Below are positions 44,231 to 47,547 of a DNA stretch of 47,547 bases, piece by piece. The position numbers and the translations under genes were made by a program. The notes under the pieces are model-generated. The model saw only the letters and a program-made list of their open reading frames with translations. It was not told the origin of the DNA and made no database searches. The DNA is taken from IMG/VR virus record IMGVR_UViG_3300032280_000673, positions 1-47,547 of that record. The stretch is one strand, 5' to 3'. The DNA comes from a virus. Taxonomy: Duplodnaviria; Caudoviricetes. Position 1 is the first letter of the stretch; each line of letters starts with the position of its first letter.

Positions 44231-46540
44231 ATGCCGTTTCCATTTGTAAAACCATTAGAAGGTTGGTTAGTAGATAAACTAAAAGAAAGAGAGTCTGATA
44301 GAAATTACATTACCACACTATCACCATTTGCAATAATGTCAAGTGGTGCTATTGTCTTAAAAGGAAAAAAATCAGACGAAATAAAAACTTTATTTGCATC
44401 ACAACAATATGGAACCGACGCAACGACATATTATGGTTGTGTAATCACCAATACTACCGATGTTGCAAAATTATATCAAACGGGTAAAACCATTGTAGGT
44501 TATGATTTAAATGGTAAAGAAATTGTAGTAGAAGGAGAAACTAATAGAAGGGTATCTACTCCAATTATACAAAGTATAGAAATAGATACGGATGGTGGAA
44601 ATAATACTTTAAAAACTGCACAAGTTAAAGTTAGAGTATTTACTTTGAAACAATTGGAAATGTTCGAATTGTTTTTTCTAAGACCATCTATGAGTGTCGT
44701 TTTAGAATATGGTTGGGGAACCGGTGTTAGAAATAAATCAAAAGCAGCTATAATAGGAAAACACTTATTTGCAAAGAAAAATTTTAAAGATTATAAAACG
44801 GATTATGTCAATTTATTTACAGAAGATTCTACTAAGGGAAATTATATAAAAGTTCTTAAAGAAACCGAAGGTGAATATGACTTTATGGTTGGTAGAGTAA
44901 CAAGTTTTAATTATTCTCCCACCGAAGATGGTACATATGATGTAACTATTGAAGTATCTAGTGGAAATGAATTACAATTGTGGCCTGCATTAAAATCTTC
45001 AAAAGATTCTACTTTTACATTGAAAAAAAATGAGAAAAAAATAGAAAGTTATAAATCTTTTATTCAAAAAATAGCAGCAGATTTTGGTAGAAGTGATTTT
45101 GAATCAAACGTATTTAAAGATGATAAAATATGGAAAAACGAATTTTTTAATTATGGTATAACTAACATAGAACAAAAAAATACCACAGTTTCAAAAACAC
45201 CATACATTTCAATGAAAGTTATAATTGAAATAATAAATAACTTAAAAACATTAAATACACAAAAAGAAACAATTTCCGTTAATTATGAATATGATGGTAA
45301 AAAAATTATCCCTGTAAATTCAAATCCAATGTTGATATCAACGGATGAATCCGTTATATTTCCAGGAAAATTACCAAAGGTAGAATTAACTCCAAAAACA
45401 AATATTATTGTATTAAATGCTGACAAAATAGATGCTAAAATAAACGAAAAATCTTTTAATATAGATGATTCTGAAATTTATAATTTTACTAGTTCTACAC
45501 CAATAACACCTGTAAAGAAAAAAACAATAAAAAGTTTAGTCGATAAAACGGAAATTGAAATAAACTCAAATACAGGAAATTTATTAAATATATTTTTTAG
45601 CTATAATAGATTTTCAGAAATATTCAAAAATTCAAATAGTATAACGGATTTGGTTAATTCCGTATTATCAACTATACAAAGTGCTATGTTGGGAATGTGT
45701 AATTTGGAACTACAAGCAAAAGAAGATGCACCCGGACAAAAATCATTAGAAATTGTTGATAGAAAGATTTTCCAACCGGCCGTAAAAACAGGAACTGCAT
45801 CTGAAAAATCAACCATACATAGATTTAAAATAGATGCAAAAGAATCCATAGTTAAAAATTTTACTTTTAATATGGAAATGAGTACATTGATGCAAGCACA
45901 GGCATTATATTCAACTCAACTTGCAATTGCAAACGCAAATAAAAAAACAGGTACAGAAGCTTCTAAGGAAATAGATACATTGGTTTCGGCGGACTTATCA
46001 TATGCAACTAATGCGGATGGATATTTTTCGGTAAACGATATGGAGGTTAGTATAGTAAAAAAAGTAACGGAAAAAGAAACAAAACGAAAAAAAGAAGAAA
46101 ACGATAAAAAAGAAGAAGAAGCAAAAAAAAGTGAAGCTGCTAAAAAGGCACGTCAAGCGGAATTGGATAAAGAAGAGAAAGATAAAAAAGAAGCAGCTGA
46201 AAAAGAACTAAAAAGTTTAAATGAATCTATAAATTCTAAATCGATAAAATTTAGAAATGGAAAAAATGTACAAAATTTAATATATAAAGATAGTGGATTG
46301 GTTCAATTATATATGATGCCAAAAACACCAAGTGGGTCATCGGCATTGACATTTTTGGAAATAACATTGGAAATAGATGGATTGGCCGGATTCAGTTGTG
46401 GTGAATATTTCCAAATTGATGGTTTACCAGAGATATACAATAAAAATGGGTATTTTCAAATACTAAATGTAAAACAAGGTATTGATGAAAATGGTTGGAA
46501 AACAACAATTGAAGCCGCATATTTATTAAAAACAGAATAA
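44231..46540 (+). CDS. Probable baseplate hub protein (gp27/gpD-like)
   Basis: 769 aa; VVLEYGW...MVGRVTSFNYS; C-terminus LEITLEIDGLAGFSCGEYFQI..LP...FQILNVKQGI...WKTTIEA; follows the LysM gene. Confidence 0.6.
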   Translation: MPFPFVKPLEGWLVDKLKERESDRNYITTLSPFAIMSSGAIVLKGKKSDEIKTLFASQQYGTDATTYYGCVITNTTDVAKLYQTGKTIVGYDLNGKEIVVEGETNRRVSTPIIQSIEIDTDGGNNTLKTAQVKVRVFTLKQLEMFELFFLRPSMSVVLEYGWGTGVRNKSKAAIIGKHLFAKKNFKDYKTDYVNLFTEDSTKGNYIKVLKETEGEYDFMVGRVTSFNYSPTEDGTYDVTIEVSSGNELQLWPALKSSKDSTFTLKKNEKKIESYKSFIQKIAADFGRSDFESNVFKDDKIWKNEFFNYGITNIEQKNTTVSKTPYISMKVIIEIINNLKTLNTQKETISVNYEYDGKKIIPVNSNPMLISTDESVIFPGKLPKVELTPKTNIIVLNADKIDAKINEKSFNIDDSEIYNFTSSTPITPVKKKTIKSLVDKTEIEINSNTGNLLNIFFSYNRFSEIFKNSNSITDLVNSVLSTIQSAMLGMCNLELQAKEDAPGQKSLEIVDRKIFQPAVKTGTASEKSTIHRFKIDAKESIVKNFTFNMEMSTLMQAQALYSTQLAIANANKKTGTEASKEIDTLVSADLSYATNADGYFSVNDMEVSIVKKVTEKETKRKKEENDKKEEEAKKSEAAKKARQAELDKEEKDKKEAAEKELKSLNESINSKSIKFRNGKNVQNLIYKDSGLVQLYMMPKTPSGSSALTFLEITLEIDGLAGFSCGEYFQIDGLPEIYNKNGYFQILNVKQGIDENGWKTTIEAAYLLKTE

Positions 46541-46541
46541 A

Positions 46542-46916
46542 ATGTATACAGATTTAATACAAGGTAGAGAATTATATTCATTGGATTTTCCAAAAACCAT
46601 TGTTCCAACTCCGACTAATATTGACTATGAAAATGGATTCATAGATAGATATTTTACACAAAAAGTAAATGAAAAAAATGGATTTGTATTTGAAATAGAT
46701 TCGGATGAATACTTTAATTTAATAGAAAACCCATATTGGATTTTAGAAACAATGACATGGAGAATATCTGGTCCAATTAATGCTGTATATTCTATGAATG
46801 GAATGATAACTGATATTGGTGTTATATCTTCAAATGCTGCATCCATTTCAATAACTTCTAATAAAATTAAAAACATAGGTTTATATTTACCTAACCTATT
46901 ACAATTTCATAAATAA
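46542..46916 (+). CDS. Hypothetical protein (baseplate region)
   Basis: 124 aa; PTPT..DY..GFIDRYF; starts 1 nt after the upstream stop. Confidence 0.75.
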   Translation: MYTDLIQGRELYSLDFPKTIVPTPTNIDYENGFIDRYFTQKVNEKNGFVFEIDSDEYFNLIENPYWILETMTWRISGPINAVYSMNGMITDIGVISSNAASISITSNKIKNIGLYLPNLLQFHK

Positions 46917-46917
46917 C

Positions 46918-46948
46918 TTTGTAAATTAAAATATTTTTCGTATATTAG
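46918..46948 (+). promoter_or_regulatory. Bacteroidota sigma-A-type promoter (-33 TTTG / -7 TAnnTTAG)
   Basis: TTTG(46918-21)-N19-TATATTAG(46941-48); one mismatch to the TAnnTTTG consensus. Confidence 0.6.
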
Positions 46949-46954
46949 AGTTCT

Positions 46955-47547
46955 ATGAACCTAATTGAAGATAAACAATCACTACAATCATTTTTAGGAG
47001 GTAATGTAAATATTGACCTTATAATTCCTGTATGGAGTTCTCATAGAGCACATCCATTGGGAAGTCGTTTGTCTTTCTTATATTATAGACAAAATGATGG
47101 AAGTGATGGTATAATTAATTTCAATCACATAGATGCAAAGAAGTTAGACAAATTCGACATATCAAAAATAGTTCATGTTAATACATTGGTTTTAGACAAT
47201 AGGTATTTAAACACCATAGGATTGGATTATGAGTGGGTATACTTTGAAGAGAATGGGAAACCATTTATCTTTAATGAGGTCGTAGAATCGGTTTATAGAG
47301 GGTATAGAAACGACTTTAAAGAGTTGAATGATTGTGTACCTCTAATGAAGTGGTATGAAGTCTTAAAGTTAATCCCAAATATCAGTACAAGAAATGAATG
47401 GAATAGAAAATATACATCAGCAATCAACACATTGGGAAGGTTGGAAGGGGCTGGGGTAAAAGTCGTTAGAGAAAAATTTATTGATAGTTTTAACTTCAAC
47501 GAGCAATACATCCGAAAAAACGATATCGTCTATACACAATACAATCC
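46955..47547 (+). CDS. 5' part of a probable family A DNA polymerase-like protein (partial; not in the ORF track)
   Basis: Open frame MNLIEDKQSLQSF...LGRLEGAGVKV...IVYTQYN to the window edge; the .E..G+.+ and +Y..YN motifs usually precede TGR in PolA. Catalytic motifs lie outside the window. Confidence 0.55.
   Translation, partial: MNLIEDKQSLQSFLGGNVNIDLIIPVWSSHRAHPLGSRLSFLYYRQNDGSDGIINFNHIDAKKLDKFDISKIVHVNTLVLDNRYLNTIGLDYEWVYFEENGKPFIFNEVVESVYRGYRNDFKELNDCVPLMKWYEVLKLIPNISTRNEWNRKYTSAINTLGRLEGAGVKVVREKFIDSFNFNEQYIRKNDIVYTQYN

Larger units (their letters stand above)
1..47547 (+). mobile_element. Virion morphogenesis region of a large T4-like myophage (bS21-encoding type; probable Bacteroidota host)
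   Basis: gp23-like capsid, gp13/14/15-like neck, gp18/19-like sheath and tube, tape measure and baseplate genes, all on one strand; no host housekeeping context or integrase in the window. Confidence 0.95.

Noticed and set aside
35666-46540. eCIS, tailocin or T6SS locus
   Set aside because: Capsid, scaffold and neck genes in the same transcriptional block indicate a complete phage.
515-47511. All minus-strand ORFs in the track and the short out-of-frame plus ORFs (22796, 24327, 33297)
   Set aside because: They lie wholly or largely within well-supported plus-strand genes, show no recognisable motifs, and look like shadows of biased codon usage.
1-47547. tRNA or rRNA genes
   Set aside because: Intergenic gaps are short and AT-rich, and I saw no cloverleaf or T-loop pattern; checked by eye only.

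Overview
This is the AT-rich, all plus-strand late (virion) region of a large T4-like contractile-tailed phage. The host is probably Bacteroidota, judging from a phage-encoded ribosomal protein bS21 (missed by the ORF track), A-rich and mostly SD-less gene starts, and a TTTG-N19-TAnnTTAG promoter. Gene order: small head-associated genes including a Dps/ferritin-like protein; bS21; acidic scaffold; gp23-like major capsid protein; gp13/14/15-like neck and tail-terminator genes; a ~27 kb cluster of Ser/Thr-rich fibres, adaptors, lectin-like tips, a GT-B glycosyltransferase and a Hint-domain adhesin; then sheath, tube, a tail chaperone pair with a probable +1 frameshift, tape measure, baseplate genes and the start of a probable family A DNA polymerase-like gene. 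Main hypotheses: (1) a virion-wide [S/T]-[G/A]-S motif, concentrated in likely surface-exposed parts, next to a late glycosyltransferase (candidate virion glycosylation system); (2) a plug-and-socket fibre chain built from T4 gp36/gp37-like joints; (3) fibres followed by triplets of interchangeable lectin tips, with repeat scars of cassette exchange. All calls come from reading motifs by eye; no searches were run.
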